DNA of 64,000 bases from Deltaproteobacteria bacterium (GCA_007693585.1 REDH01000089.1:21323-85322), one strand, 5' to 3'; counted from the stretch's first letter, positions 9,716 to 20,504 are shown. The notes: generated by a model not told the origin, from the letters alone. Numbers and translations are program-made.

Positions 9716-10767
9716 GATTCATTGCTCCGTCGCAGGGCCAGTCCGACCGCAACACCGGCACGGGGGGACAGGCGCCGGATCCGTTCCGCGTCGAGTCCGC
9801 GGTCCGGGATGGACACGTTGGCGAAGGGATCGATGAGCTCCACCCTGACCCCGCACTGCTCGGCGATGGCACGGCCGAGCCCCGGGAGTTCCGACGAACC
9901 GCCCGTGAGCAGGATGCGACTGAAGGTGGAGGAGGTCGCCGAGGCTGCGTAGAAGTCCAGACTTCGCTGGACCTCCGTGCCGATGCTCGCGCAGATCTGG
10001 TCGAGGATGGTCTCGACCTCCCGCGGCACCACCCCGTCGTCGCCACCGACCTCACCTCGCTTGTAGCTCTCTGCCTGCTCGTAGGTGAGGTTGAGCTGCT
10101 TCTGCAATTCTTCGGTGATGAGCTGTCCGGCCATCGCGATGTCGCGGGTGAACATCGTCATCCCGTCCACGAGGACCGCGATGTTCGTCCACGCGCTCCC
10201 GACATCCACGAGGACACTGGTCTCTCCCGTGGCCAGACCATAGTTCGACTCGAACATGTTCTGCAGCGTGAACGGTCCGGCATCCATGACGAGCGGTTCG
10301 AGCCCGGCTTCGACGGCCACGTTCGCGTAGTCGGCGACGGTGTCCTTCTTCGCCGCGACGAGAAGTACGTCCATCTGGCCCTGTCCGGTCCGGGTCGCGA
10401 GAATCTCCACGTCGAGGTGGACATCCTTCACGTCGAACGGAATGTACTGCTCGGCTTCCCACTGGATCGAATTGTCCAGTTCCTGTCGGCTCATGACCGG
10501 AAGCGTGATCTTCTTGATGATGACCGAGTATCCGGACACCGCAAGAGCACACTCGCGCTGCTTGATGCGGTTGCGCTGGAGAATCTCCCGAATGGCGTCG
10601 ACGACGACGCCACCATTGATGATCGCGCCCTCGACGATCGCTTCGTCCGGAAGCTCCACCATGTCGAAGGCCTGAAGGGCGAGTCCACGCTTGTCCTCCT
10701 TGAGGAGGCAAGCCTTGACTGCACTTGCGCCGATGTCGAGCCCCAGCAGATTCCTGCCCCTTGCCAT
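9712..10767 (-). CDS. pilM: Type IV pilus assembly ATPase-fold protein PilM
   Basis: Actin-like fold (LGLDIGASAVKA). 351 aa. First gene of the pilMNOPQ operon. Confidence 0.85.
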   Translation of the reverse strand: MARGRNLLGLDIGASAVKACLLKEDKRGLALQAFDMVELPDEAIVEGAIINGGVVVDAIREILQRNRIKQRECALAVSGYSVIIKKITLPVMSRQELDNSIQWEAEQYIPFDVKDVHLDVEILATRTGQGQMDVLLVAAKKDTVADYANVAVEAGLEPLVMDAGPFTLQNMFESNYGLATGETSVLVDVGSAWTNIAVLVDGMTMFTRDIAMAGQLITEELQKQLNLTYEQAESYKRGEVGGDDGVVPREVETILDQICASIGTEVQRSLDFYAASATSSTFSRILLTGGSSELPGLGRAIAEQCGVRVELIDPFANVSIPDRGLDAERIRRLSPRAGVAVGLALRRSNES

Positions 10768-10961
10768 TGTATACTCCGTTCAGCAGGAGACGTTCCCGAC
10801 CTCCGAATCTAGTGGAGCACCATGACCTGTCAAGAAATCGACCGGAGCACAAACACCTCCCAAGAATCCGTTCTACCGAAGGAATACCGCACACTACCGC
10901 ACTCCGCCGCTGCTATCTTACCTTGGCACACATCACTCCCCATGCCCCTGACGACCCGACC

Positions 10962-12407
10962 ATGACAGCCTCCCCGTCTCCATCGTGCTCCCGGAGCGAC
11001 GCAGCCGACCCCTTCCCCGCACTGTCCGGCTGCAGGAGGATCCTCGTCGTCGACGACGAGGAGAACATTCGGCACATGCTGGCCGTCCTCCTGCGCCGCC
11101 ACGGCTACGACGTCCATGTCTCCGAACAGGCCGAGCAGGCCCTCCAGTTCCTGCGGTCGAGGGTCATCGATCTCGTCCTGAGCGACATCCGCATGCCCGG
11201 ACTCGACGGCCTGCAGCTCGCGGATGCGCTCCTGAAGCGCCCGGACCCCCCCGGACTCGTCCTCATGAGCGCCTTCGGTGCCCACGAACAGGCCATCGAA
11301 GCCATCCGGCGTGGCGCGGACGACTACATCGCCAAACCCTTTCACAACGAGGATCTGCTGTTCGTCCTCCGCAAGGTGGCCGAGAGACGTCTGCTGCGTT
11401 CCGAGAACCTGGCGCTGCGCGCCATCGCCGCCGGACATGCCACGGAGGGAGACCTCATCGCGCGCTCCGAGGCCATGCGGGGGATTCTCCGAATGCTGGA
11501 CAAGGTCGCGCGTCACGATGCCACGGTGCTTCTCTCCGGCGAGAGCGGCACCGGCAAGGAGCGTCTGGCGCGTTCCCTGCACGCCCGCTCTCACCGGTGC
11601 GACGGTCCGTTCGTGGCCATCAACTGTTCCGCAATTCCGGAGACGCTCCTCGAGAGCGAGCTGTTCGGCCATGTCCGCGGCGCCTTCACCGGTGCGGACC
11701 GGGAGCGACAGGGCCTCTTCGAGTCGGCGGCGGGAGGCACCCTGCTCCTCGACGAGATCCACGAGCTGCCGCTTCCTCTCCAGCCCAAGCTCCTGCGGGT
11801 TCTTCAGGAGGGAGAGATCCGGCGGTTGGGGGACACACGGACGCGGCCCATCGACGTGCGGATCGTGGCCGCCGGCAGTCGCCCGCTCGACCAGCTTGTC
11901 GACGAAGGCTCGTTCCGGGACGACCTCTACTACCGTCTGAACGTCATCGCCCTGCACATCCCGCCCCTTCGGGAGCGACGGGACGACATTCCCCCGCTGA
12001 TCGACCGCTTCCTCGCGCGGGCGCGGCTCCGTTTCGAACGCCCCATCGAAGGCTTCAGCTCCGAGGCCATGCGACGGCTGCTGGCGTGGAGCTGGCCCGG
12101 AAACGTCCGCGAACTCGAGAATGTGGTGGAGCGGGCCATCCTGCTGGCCGAATCGGGGCACCTCGACGTGGACACCCTGCCCGATCCCGTGCAGGCCGGA
12201 CCGGCCACCCCTTCCGGTGTGCACGCTCCCCTCCCGGACACCCTGTCCATCAAGGAAGCCACGCGAGCCCTCGAGAAGCACCTCATCGCCAGCGCGCTGC
12301 GACGCACCGGAGGCAACCGCACGCAGGCCTCGCGCCTTCTCGATCTTTCGCACCGCGCGCTGCTCTACAAGATCAGGGACTACTTCCCGGACGGAGCACC
12401 GGAGTGA
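10962..12407 (+). CDS. pilR: Sigma-54-dependent response regulator (NtrC family, PilR-like)
   Basis: REC domain (ILVVDDEENIR ... DLVLSDIRMPGLDG). AAA+ sigma54 activator motifs GESGTGKE and ESELFGH. C-terminal Fis-type HTH. Divergent from pilM. ATG at 10962. Confidence 0.8.
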   Translation: MTASPSPSCSRSDAADPFPALSGCRRILVVDDEENIRHMLAVLLRRHGYDVHVSEQAEQALQFLRSRVIDLVLSDIRMPGLDGLQLADALLKRPDPPGLVLMSAFGAHEQAIEAIRRGADDYIAKPFHNEDLLFVLRKVAERRLLRSENLALRAIAAGHATEGDLIARSEAMRGILRMLDKVARHDATVLLSGESGTGKERLARSLHARSHRCDGPFVAINCSAIPETLLESELFGHVRGAFTGADRERQGLFESAAGGTLLLDEIHELPLPLQPKLLRVLQEGEIRRLGDTRTRPIDVRIVAAGSRPLDQLVDEGSFRDDLYYRLNVIALHIPPLRERRDDIPPLIDRFLARARLRFERPIEGFSSEAMRRLLAWSWPGNVRELENVVERAILLAESGHLDVDTLPDPVQAGPATPSGVHAPLPDTLSIKEATRALEKHLIASALRRTGGNRTQASRLLDLSHRALLYKIRDYFPDGAPE

Positions 12408-13753
12408 GCGGATTCGGCGACCAGCGGGAGCATGACCCGGACCCTGGTCCCTTCACCGGGCGAACTGTGGATCTCCAGCCTCCCCCCCATCTGTTCGACC
12501 AGGCGCTCGCTCAACGGAAGTCCGAGCCCGGTGCCGCGGCCGGGTTCGCGGGTGGTGAAGAAGGGATCGAGGGCGGCCTCCAGGACCTCATCGGTCATGC
12601 CTTCGCCGTCATCCTCGATCTCGAGCCGAAGCTGGTCCCCGACCGCCTCGATGTCGACGCCGATGGCACCACCCGCACCCGTCGCTTCGCAGGCATTGAG
12701 GATCAGGTTGAGCAGAACCTGCCGCAGTCCATCCGGGCACGCGAGCACGAGCCGGGGCTCGTCGGACTTCCGGATGGCCAATTCGCGTCCACGGCACCGC
12801 TCGTCGTGCCTGACAAGGGAGAGCGCGTCGGCGGCCACGGTCGCGGCGTCCACCTCCTGAAGGCGGAGAGACGGGGGCCTCGCATAGGTGAGCAGGGACC
12901 GGAGCAGGTCCTCCATCCGGGACAGCTCCCGGGTTGACCGTTCGAGCAGATCCCGCTCCTCTGCTCCCTCGACCGACTCTTCGACCAGCCGCAGCATTCC
13001 GCGCACGGCGGCGATCGGATTGCCCAGTTCATGGGCCAGACCGGCCGCTAGCCGGCCCACGGCGGCGAGATGCTCGGCACGCATCGCCTCTCTGCGCGCA
13101 GCGCGCAGGGCGATGTTGGACTCCGTCAGCTCAACGGCGCGCGACTCCAGATCCGCCCGGACCGTATCGAGACGATCCAGCATCTCGTTGAAGCGACGCG
13201 CCAGCTCTCGCACCTCGCCCCGCCCCTCGACCGGGACTCTCGCACCCGCCTGTCCGGCCGTAACGCGCTGAGCCGCACGAGCGATCCGCTCGACGGGGCG
13301 GGTGACCCACCGCGTGAGCAGGACACCACCCACCAGAAGCGAGAGCAGCAGAGACAGCGTCAGATAGGCCACCAGGACCTTGCGCAGCGCAGCCCACTCG
13401 CGCGGAAGGGCAAGCGCCTCGATCACGATCGCCACCTCATCTTCTCCTTCGACCTCCACGAGACGTCCCGGGACCGAACCGCCATCGCAGGTGGGCGAAC
13501 CGGGGGAGCCATGGACAACCCGCGTCTCCAGGCCGAGCCTTCGCGCGACCGCACAGGGCGACTCGTCCGTACCGTCACTCCGAAGCGCTGCGGCGACGAT
13601 CGTTGCCTCCGCGTCGGCGACGGAGCGGGCTGCAAGCATTCGGCCGGCATCCATGATGCCCATCGTGAGCACGACGACACCGGCGAAGACGAGCAGGCCG
13701 GCACCCAGCATACCAAGGATCAGCTGTCCGCGTAGTCCGGGGCGCATCGTCAT
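12380..13753 (-). CDS. Sensor histidine kinase (2 TM, HAMP, HisKA, HATPase), possibly PilS-like
   Basis: H-box LAHELGNPIAAV, N box and G2 box (GRGTGLGL). Lies immediately downstream of pilD on the same strand. Confidence 0.75.
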   Translation of the reverse strand: MTMRPGLRGQLILGMLGAGLLVFAGVVVLTMGIMDAGRMLAARSVADAEATIVAAALRSDGTDESPCAVARRLGLETRVVHGSPGSPTCDGGSVPGRLVEVEGEDEVAIVIEALALPREWAALRKVLVAYLTLSLLLSLLVGGVLLTRWVTRPVERIARAAQRVTAGQAGARVPVEGRGEVRELARRFNEMLDRLDTVRADLESRAVELTESNIALRAARREAMRAEHLAAVGRLAAGLAHELGNPIAAVRGMLRLVEESVEGAEERDLLERSTRELSRMEDLLRSLLTYARPPSLRLQEVDAATVAADALSLVRHDERCRGRELAIRKSDEPRLVLACPDGLRQVLLNLILNACEATGAGGAIGVDIEAVGDQLRLEIEDDGEGMTDEVLEAALDPFFTTREPGRGTGLGLPLSERLVEQMGGRLEIHSSPGEGTRVRVMLPLVAESAHSGAPSGK

Positions 13754-13783
13754 TCCTCCGGGGCCTGTGCATGCCGGTGCCGT

Positions 13784-14932
13784 TCACCAGGGCATGTAGC
13801 CACCTCCCAGCCAGAGCAGGAATGTCCTGCCAAGGAAGATGTACTGCACGGCGGCGAGCGCCAGGAACGGGCCAAAGGGGATGGCCAACTGCCCGAAGCG
13901 CTCGGGCTCCTCGTCGTGCGTCGTCGCCTCGGCCACTGGCGACGCTTCATCCCGCGTCGTCGCCTCGACGGCTGGCGCTGTCTGATCACCCGCCGCACGG
14001 GAGCCTCCGTTTCTCGTCGAAGGGTCATCTCCATCGATCGCGTGGGCACCGGTACCGGAGTCGTCGGCACGGGCTTCGTTCGTGGAGGTCTCGTGGCCGG
14101 GGTGCGGGTCGGGGGTGGCCTCCGGGCTGGACCCTGAAGGTTCCTCCCAGAACTCCGGCTTCCACGCTCCCTTGCGAAGGAACCCCTCGGCCTTCGACGA
14201 CTCGGCCTGCCGACCACTCAGGACCGCGGCGAGGAGAGCCGCCGCGAGCCCCTGAAGCGATGCCGCCAGGAGCACGAACAGAAGGGACTGCCACCCGAGA
14301 TTGGCACCGATCATGCCCATCATGGTAAAGTCTCCGCCTCCGATCCCGGCACGACCGGTGAGGGCGAAGTAGCCCTTGAACACGGCAAGGATCACCCCCG
14401 CACCCAGCAGGAGTCCGATGACGCTGTCGACGATGTCGACCCCCGGGTGGAAGTCGATGAACGTCCCCGTGCGCGGCATCAGCAGCGCCGCGACAAGCCC
14501 GAGCGCCATGGTGGGGAAGGTGATGCTGTGCGGAATGATGGTGAGGTCGAGGTCGATGAACGTGATCGCCACGCAGGCCAGCACGAAGAAGAAGAGGAGG
14601 AGCCAGGGCACCGCGATCACCTGAAGCGGTTCGACGCCGAGGCGACCATGAGCGACGTGCCACCAGAGGGCGGTGGACAGGAGGGCGACGAGCAGCTCGA
14701 CAGCGGGATACCGGAAGGAGATCGGCGCCTTGCAGTCCCTGCAGCGTGCCCGCAACAGCAGCCAGGAGAGGATCGGAATATTGTCGCGCCAGCGGACCGG
14801 ATGACCACAGTGTGGACAATGGCTGTCGGGTCGGGCGAGATTCATGCCGCGTGGCAGACGCCAGATCACCACATTGAGAAAGCTTCCCCAGATGGCCCCC
14901 CACACGAACGCATACGCAAGCAGCAGGGGCAT
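13784..14932 (-). CDS. pilD: Prepilin peptidase / N-methyltransferase PilD (A24 family) with an unusual C-terminal loop insertion
   Basis: MPLLLAYAFVWGAIWGSFLNVV N-terminus. Tetracysteine CPHCGH...CRDC. Catalytic GGGD. ATG at 14932 chosen. Confidence 0.85.
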   Translation of the reverse strand: MPLLLAYAFVWGAIWGSFLNVVIWRLPRGMNLARPDSHCPHCGHPVRWRDNIPILSWLLLRARCRDCKAPISFRYPAVELLVALLSTALWWHVAHGRLGVEPLQVIAVPWLLLFFFVLACVAITFIDLDLTIIPHSITFPTMALGLVAALLMPRTGTFIDFHPGVDIVDSVIGLLLGAGVILAVFKGYFALTGRAGIGGGDFTMMGMIGANLGWQSLLFVLLAASLQGLAAALLAAVLSGRQAESSKAEGFLRKGAWKPEFWEEPSGSSPEATPDPHPGHETSTNEARADDSGTGAHAIDGDDPSTRNGGSRAAGDQTAPAVEATTRDEASPVAEATTHDEEPERFGQLAIPFGPFLALAAVQYIFLGRTFLLWLGGGYMPW

Positions 14933-14952
14933 CAGCGCGGCGGCGTGTTCCG

Positions 14953-15498
14953 GTGCATCGAGCTGGTGGGCGAGCGGCTCCACGGGCATCTTCTCGCGTA
15001 ACGGGGTTCTTCGTGGATGAACGCCTCCCACTGGAGGAGCGGGGTCGCATTCACCCGGGCTTGCTCTTCGGCTGCTTTGCCGCCCTGACGACTCTTGCGG
15101 GGTTGATCGGCATCGTCGAGACGTGGCCGTGGCGGCCTGATCTCGTTCCTGCCTGGACCGCCATGTACCTCGCGATCCTCTTCTTTGCCAATGCGTATCG
15201 CCTTTCGTGGGGCAAGCGGCAGTGGTGGCGCGCGTTCCTTCGCCTTCTCACGACCATGGGTGGCGTGGCCTCTGCTGCGTTCGTGCACTTCGCCGAGCTG
15301 CGTGGTGGGCCGGTGGGTGTGCTCGGCGAGCTGGTGGAGCGACCGCCCTCCCCTGCCCATCACGTGGCCTTCCTCTGCGTTCTGACCGCTGGCGCCCTTC
15401 TGGTTCTGCACGCCGTGTTTCTGGGCCATGGGCAGCGGTGGCGGCGCCAGAGGCGCCACCGGGGGGACGAGGACGGGAACGTGGACGCCGAGGCCTGA
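14953..15498 (+). CDS. Hypothetical small membrane protein
   Basis: 3-4 predicted hydrophobic helices. Divergent from pilD with about 20 bp between starts. Weaker codon bias. Confidence 0.3.
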   Translation: MHRAGGRAAPRASSRVTGFFVDERLPLEERGRIHPGLLFGCFAALTTLAGLIGIVETWPWRPDLVPAWTAMYLAILFFANAYRLSWGKRQWWRAFLRLLTTMGGVASAAFVHFAELRGGPVGVLGELVERPPSPAHHVAFLCVLTAGALLVLHAVFLGHGQRWRRQRRHRGDEDGNVDAEA

Positions 15499-15658
15499 GC
15501 GGAGCGATCAGGCGAGGCAGCAGCCTCCTGCGCGGCCCCGTCTCCGCTGGCCGGTACCGGTGGTCGACAAGCGCAGGCCGGGAGCCCGGTTCGTCGCGGG
15601 ATGATCCGGTCGAGCGCGCGCGCGAGGATTCGGCGGCAGCGGCCCGCTTCGCGGGTGG

Positions 15659-16951
15659 CTACGGAATGATCCGGTCGAGCATGCGCGGAAAGGGGATGGT
15701 CTCGCGGACGTGGTGCAGGCCGCAGATCCATGCGACGGCGCGCTCGATCCCCATGCCGAACCCACCGTGCGGAACCGAGCCGTACCGCCGCAGGTCGAGG
15801 TACCAGGAGAAGGCTTCCAGCGGCAGGTCGTGGGCCGCGATGGCATCGTGGAGGGTCTGGTAGTCGTCTTCACGCTGGCCGCCACCAATGATCTCGCCGT
15901 ATCCTTCCGGGGCGAGCATGTCGACACAGAGGGCGCGGTCGGGCCGCTCCGGATCGCCCTTCATGTAGAAGGCCTTGATGTCCCGGGGATACCGGTGAAC
16001 GAGGATCGGCGTATCGTACTGCTGCGTGAGGATCGTCTCGTCATCAGCGCCGAAGTCATCCCCGTACTGGATGTCGGACCCCAGAGACTGAAGCTGGGCG
16101 ACAGCGTCGGCATAGTCCACCCGGGGAAACGGCTCGGTGCAGCGCTCGAGCGGGGCGATGTCACGCTCGAGCAGCCGGAGCTCCGATTGCCGCCGCTCGA
16201 GGACACGCTCGACGATGCTTCGCACCATCCGCTCGGCGAGGTCCATGATGCCATCCAGTTCGAGGAAGGCGGCCTCCGGCTCCACCATCCAGAACTCGGT
16301 CAGGTGCCGACGCGTCTTCGACTTCTCGGCGCGGAAGGTCGGCCCGAAGCAGTACACTCTGCCGAAGGCCATCGCCGCGGCCTCGTTGTAGAGCTGGCCC
16401 GACTGGGTGAGGTAGGCCATCCGGGAGAAGTACTGCGTCTCGAAGAGTGTCGTCGTTCCTTCGCACGCCGCGGGCGTGAAGATGGGGGCGTCCACGAGGA
16501 GGTAGCCCTCACCGTCGAGAAAGTCGCGTGTGGCAGCGATGATCTCCGCCCGGATGCGCAGAATGGCGTGCTGTCTGCGGGAACGCATCCACAGGTGCCT
16601 GTTCTCCATGAGAAAGGCAACCCCATGCTCCTTGGGCGAGATCGGGTACTCTTCGGCCTCCTGAAGGACCTCGAGGGTCTGAATGCCGAGCTCGTAGCCC
16701 AGGGGAGAGCGTTCGTCACGCTTCACTGTTCCGGTGACGATGATGGACGACTCCTGAGGGAGTCGCCGGGCGGCGTCGAACATCGCTTCATCCACGTCAC
16801 CCTTGAACATGACCGCCTGAATGACCCCGCTGCCGTCCCGGACCTGCAGGAAGTGGAGCTTTCCGCTGGAGCGCCTGTTGTAGAGCCACCCGCGGAGGGT
16901 GACGGTCTCCCCCTCGTGTCGATGGACGTCTTCGATGTGAACGGTGGGCAT
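15659..16951 (-). CDS. asnS: Asparagine--tRNA ligase
   Basis: Class IIb aaRS motifs (FRAEKS...[21 protein letters not shown]). The ATG at 16951 (MPTVHIEDV) was chosen over the extended ORF. Confidence 0.88.
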   Translation of the reverse strand: MPTVHIEDVHRHEGETVTLRGWLYNRRSSGKLHFLQVRDGSGVIQAVMFKGDVDEAMFDAARRLPQESSIIVTGTVKRDERSPLGYELGIQTLEVLQEAEEYPISPKEHGVAFLMENRHLWMRSRRQHAILRIRAEIIAATRDFLDGEGYLLVDAPIFTPAACEGTTTLFETQYFSRMAYLTQSGQLYNEAAAMAFGRVYCFGPTFRAEKSKTRRHLTEFWMVEPEAAFLELDGIMDLAERMVRSIVERVLERRQSELRLLERDIAPLERCTEPFPRVDYADAVAQLQSLGSDIQYGDDFGADDETILTQQYDTPILVHRYPRDIKAFYMKGDPERPDRALCVDMLAPEGYGEIIGGGQREDDYQTLHDAIAAHDLPLEAFSWYLDLRRYGSVPHGGFGMGIERAVAWICGLHHVRETIPFPRMLDRIIP

Positions 16952-17202
16952 GGAGCACTCGTGCGATGGCGTGGATGCGATTCGGGACGCGTCCGAGCGG
17001 GACGCGTCCACCGGGGCCCGCACGCGGGCCGCGCCTTGTTCGCGGGCATAGTCCGGAGAGACTCCGGTTTCAACCATCGACCAGCTTGTCATGGCCTCGG
17101 GGCCCGTGCACACTCCCTGCTCTCCGGACGGAATGACGTTCCCGTGCGGGTGACGGTGAACGCGATCCCTCCCGGGTCGCACTCGGCAACGGGGAAGTGC
17201 GG

Positions 17203-18255
17203 ATGGCGAGAGGCAGGGAGTCACGCATCGAGGAGGGGCGGGCCTTCTTTCGGAGGCTGGCGAAGGAAGGCCCTTGGGCGCCGGTCTTCCTGATCACCGG
17301 AGAGGAGTCATTCCTGCGAGGGGTGGCGGTGGAGCGCCTGTGCGCGTCCGTCGAGGTCAACGAGTTCAACCGCAGTGTCTTCCGTGGCGGAGAGGCGAAG
17401 GGCGAGGACATCGTGACGGCGGCGAGCATGGTGCCGATGCTCGGCGATCGTCGACTCGTGGTCGTCCGGGAAGTGAACGCCCTCGCCGCGCAGGATCTCG
17501 GGCAGGTCGCGGCGTTCGTCGAAGCCGCCGCTGCGTCGACCCTGCTGGTTCTGGAGGGCGAGACGCTGGATGGCCGCCAGAAGGCTGTTCAGCGGATCCA
17601 GCGCTCGCCGGCGGTCGAACGGATCGATTTCCCGAGGCTGTACGATCGCGAGGTCTGTCAATGGGTGGCCCGAAGGGCGAAGGGGCGGGGGCTCGTGCTT
17701 GCGCGCGAGGTGCCCCCGTGGCTGGTGGAGGCTCTCGGCACGCAGCTCGGAGAACTGGATCGTGCCCTGGAGCGCATCGATCTCTATCTGGGTGCTCCGG
17801 ATCATGAAGGGCGCCGCGAGGTCACACTCGATCTGGTGCAGGAGGTGATCACGGAGACGCGGGCGCGCAGTGTCTTCGAGCTGACGGACGCCCTGTCGGA
17901 GCGGGACCTGGGACGAAGCGCGGTGATCATCGATGAGATGCTGCGAAGGCAGGAGAGTCCGATCGGTGCGGTGACGATGATCGCCCGCCAGTTCCGGCAG
18001 CTCCGGCTGGCGCTGGCGGGACGGGCAAGGGGCCTGCGCGGGCGCGAGCTGGCGTCCTGGTGCGGTTGTCCGCCGTTTCGCGTGCAGGCGGTGGAGCGTG
18101 CGGCGCGTGCGTTCAGCGAGCACGAGCTGGAGGACATCCTGCTGCGCTGTGCGAAGGCGGACGGTTTGCTCAAGTCCAGCCGACTGCCCGACCGCCTGCA
18201 TCTCGAGTCCCTGCTGCTGCAGATCTGTCGACCGCCTCGGCAGCAGGGCTCCTGA
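17203..18255 (+). CDS. holA: DNA polymerase III delta subunit
   Basis: HolA-like N-terminus ([13 protein letters not shown]) and overall length. Confidence 0.7.
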   Translation: MARGRESRIEEGRAFFRRLAKEGPWAPVFLITGEESFLRGVAVERLCASVEVNEFNRSVFRGGEAKGEDIVTAASMVPMLGDRRLVVVREVNALAAQDLGQVAAFVEAAAASTLLVLEGETLDGRQKAVQRIQRSPAVERIDFPRLYDREVCQWVARRAKGRGLVLAREVPPWLVEALGTQLGELDRALERIDLYLGAPDHEGRREVTLDLVQEVITETRARSVFELTDALSERDLGRSAVIIDEMLRRQESPIGAVTMIARQFRQLRLALAGRARGLRGRELASWCGCPPFRVQAVERAARAFSEHELEDILLRCAKADGLLKSSRLPDRLHLESLLLQICRPPRQQGS

Positions 18256-18496
18256 CGGGGCGACCCGGGCCCGGATGCATCGGGACGGCGCCGGACCGGT
18301 CGGTCGAGCGCCACACCGGACGACCGGAGTCGTGCGTGGGGTTGGGGGGATCGGACCGGCCGGCGGAGGTCAGGAGCCGGGCATCCGCTTCGGACCTCCG
18401 GCGGTTGTCGGGTGACGCGAGACGCCGCGGCAATCGGCTGTGGTCTCGGACCCGTCCGGCGCGCGTGTCCTTCCGGTCTGCCGCCCGATGCGGTGT

Positions 18497-18772
18497 CTAC
18501 GCCTGTCCGTTCCCGGCCTGGTTGACGAACCGGGTGAGCCTCGAGATGCGCCGGCTCGCCTGGTTTCGATGGATGATCCCCTTCGACCGCACCTTGCCGA
18601 TGAGCCGGACGGCCTTCTGGAGGTTCGTGCGGGCCTCGTCGAGGTTTCCGGTGCCGACGGCGGCACGGACCTTCCTGATGGAGGTGCGCATGCTGGTTCG
18701 CCAGTAGCGGTTGCGGATGCGACGCTTTTCGTTCTGGCGGATGCGCTTCTTGGCGGACTTGTGGTTGGCCAC
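18497..18772 (-). CDS. rpsT: 30S ribosomal protein S20
   Basis: MANHKSAKKRIRQNEKRR. Confidence 0.95.
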   Translation of the reverse strand: MANHKSAKKRIRQNEKRRIRNRYWRTSMRTSIRKVRAAVGTGNLDEARTNLQKAVRLIGKVRSKGIIHRNQASRRISRLTRFVNQAGNGQA

Positions 18773-19012
18773 GACGGGAACTCCGAAGACGAAGGGAACG
18801 TAGGCCGCGTTGCGGGCTTGCGGCGATGAGGTTACGAGCGACAGCGTCCCGGCGCGGAGACCAGGCTCCTCGACGGGGAATGCGCCGAGCTGGAGATTGC
18901 GCTCCGTCCCGGCGGGCGGAGGGAGCTAGCATGTGCGCGCGACAATGTCAATGGTGCCACTCGCCGGCGCGGTGGTGTCCGGAGGGATGGGATCGGAGAC
19001 CCGGAGGAGCGG

Positions 19013-20290
19013 ATGGCTGTGGGACTGCTGTTGGTGGGCGAGGAGCTTCTGGACGGCCGGATCGCGGATCGGAATGGTCCGGAGCTTGGGCGCCGGTGCC
19101 GCGCGGCCGGGGTTCGGCTGCTGGAGATCCGCACGGTCGCGGACGATCCCGCGCGGGTCGCGGAGGCCGTCCGGGAGTTGGGGGTGCGCGCGCAGCTCGT
19201 GGTGGTGAGCGGGGGGCTTGGGCCGACGCTCGACGACACCACGCGCGAGGGGCTTGCGATGGCGCTGGGGGTGGAGCTGGAGCGCCGGGAGCCGCTCGTG
19301 GAGCGCCTTCGGACGCGCTATGGTCTTCGCGGGATCGCGCTCACGGAGGCCAACCTTCGCCAGGCGGACGTCCCGCGAGGTTCCACGACGCTCGAGAACC
19401 GCACGGGAACCGCGGAGGGCTTCCTGTGCAGGAGCGGCTCGCTGCAGGTCGTGGCGCTCCCGGGGGTGCCCTCGGAGTTTCGGGAGATGGTGGAGCGACA
19501 TGTCCTGCCGCTGCTGGTCGGGGGGCGCCTTCGCCACTACCGGCGCGCCACGCTGCTCGGGCTTCGGGAGAGCGAGCTGGCGGGGCTCGTCGAGGCGGTG
19601 GAGCTCCCGGCCACGATCCGGGTGACCTACTGCGCACGTTTTCCGGTCGTCGAGCTGGAGTGGAGCGGGCCGGACGAGGGCGAGCTCGATGCGCACTGGG
19701 AGCGAATGGCTTCGGAGCTTTCTCCCTGGTCGATCCCCGGGGCGTGCGCCACCCCGGCCGAGGCCGTGATCACGCGGGGAAGAGAGGAGGGGTGGACCGT
19801 CGCCACGGCGGAGAGCTGCACCGGGGGGCTCATCTCCTCCCGACTCACGGACGTCGCGGGATCCTCCGCGGTCTTCCTGCAGGGCTGGGTCACGTATTCG
19901 AATGCGGCCAAGACGAGTCAGCTCGGCGTGCCGGAGCCCATGCTGGACCGGTGCGGTGCGGTCAGCGCCGACGTGGCGCTTGCGATGGCACGTGGCGCGC
20001 GGCAGCGATCCGGCGCGGACATGGCGCTCGCGGTGAGCGGGATCGCCGGACCGGACGGTGGCTCGCCAGACAAGCCCGTGGGAACGGTGCACCTCGCCGC
20101 TGTCGACGGGTCCGGATCCGTGCAGGTGTTCGCCGTGTTCGCCCGCCAGTCGCGTCCCGCCTTCAAGCGCCTGGTGGCCAACCTGGGAGAGCTGATGCTG
20201 CTCCGCCTGCGCGACGGCGCTCCCGACACCCTCGACAGGCTGTCGGGCGTCCGCGAGGTGACGGTCGCTCCATCGGACGGAGTACGATGA
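19013..20290 (+). CDS. cinA: CinA family competence/damage-inducible protein (NMN amidohydrolase)
   Basis: N-terminal MoCF-biosynthesis-like domain plus C-terminal CinA domain (ESCTGGLISSRLTDVAGSS). Confidence 0.85.
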   Translation: MAVGLLLVGEELLDGRIADRNGPELGRRCRAAGVRLLEIRTVADDPARVAEAVRELGVRAQLVVVSGGLGPTLDDTTREGLAMALGVELERREPLVERLRTRYGLRGIALTEANLRQADVPRGSTTLENRTGTAEGFLCRSGSLQVVALPGVPSEFREMVERHVLPLLVGGRLRHYRRATLLGLRESELAGLVEAVELPATIRVTYCARFPVVELEWSGPDEGELDAHWERMASELSPWSIPGACATPAEAVITRGREEGWTVATAESCTGGLISSRLTDVAGSSAVFLQGWVTYSNAAKTSQLGVPEPMLDRCGAVSADVALAMARGARQRSGADMALAVSGIAGPDGGSPDKPVGTVHLAAVDGSGSVQVFAVFARQSRPAFKRLVANLGELMLLRLRDGAPDTLDRLSGVREVTVAPSDGVR

Positions 20291-20504
20291 CGGCGGACGT
20301 ACTCGACGCCTGGCTCATGCACACCGCCTGCCTCGAGCCGAGCGGGCGTGATCGGCCCGTCGATCTCTCCGGCACCCCGAAGAACAGCACGTCGTGCATC
20401 TGCGATGGTTGACGCGGAAGGTCGGGCCACACAGGGTGCGCGTCCGGGGCCTGTCCCGTGCATGCCGGTGCCCTGTACCCTCCCCGTCGGTCGGAGTCTG
20501 GCCC

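Noticed and set aside
10924-10940. Sigma-54 promoter-like TGGCAC upstream of the PilR-like gene
   Set aside because: The -12 GC element at the required spacing is absent (TGGCACACATCACTCC). Not a convincing sigma54 promoter.
16952-17224. N-terminal extension of the asnS ORF
   Set aside because: AsnRS homology starts at MPTVHIEDV (ATG 16951). The extension would overlap the holA promoter region.
18256-18496. tRNA or small RNA in the holA-rpsT gap, and elsewhere
   Set aside because: No T-loop-like GTTCGAATC/GTTCAAATC motif or cloverleaf pairing was found in any intergenic gap of the window.
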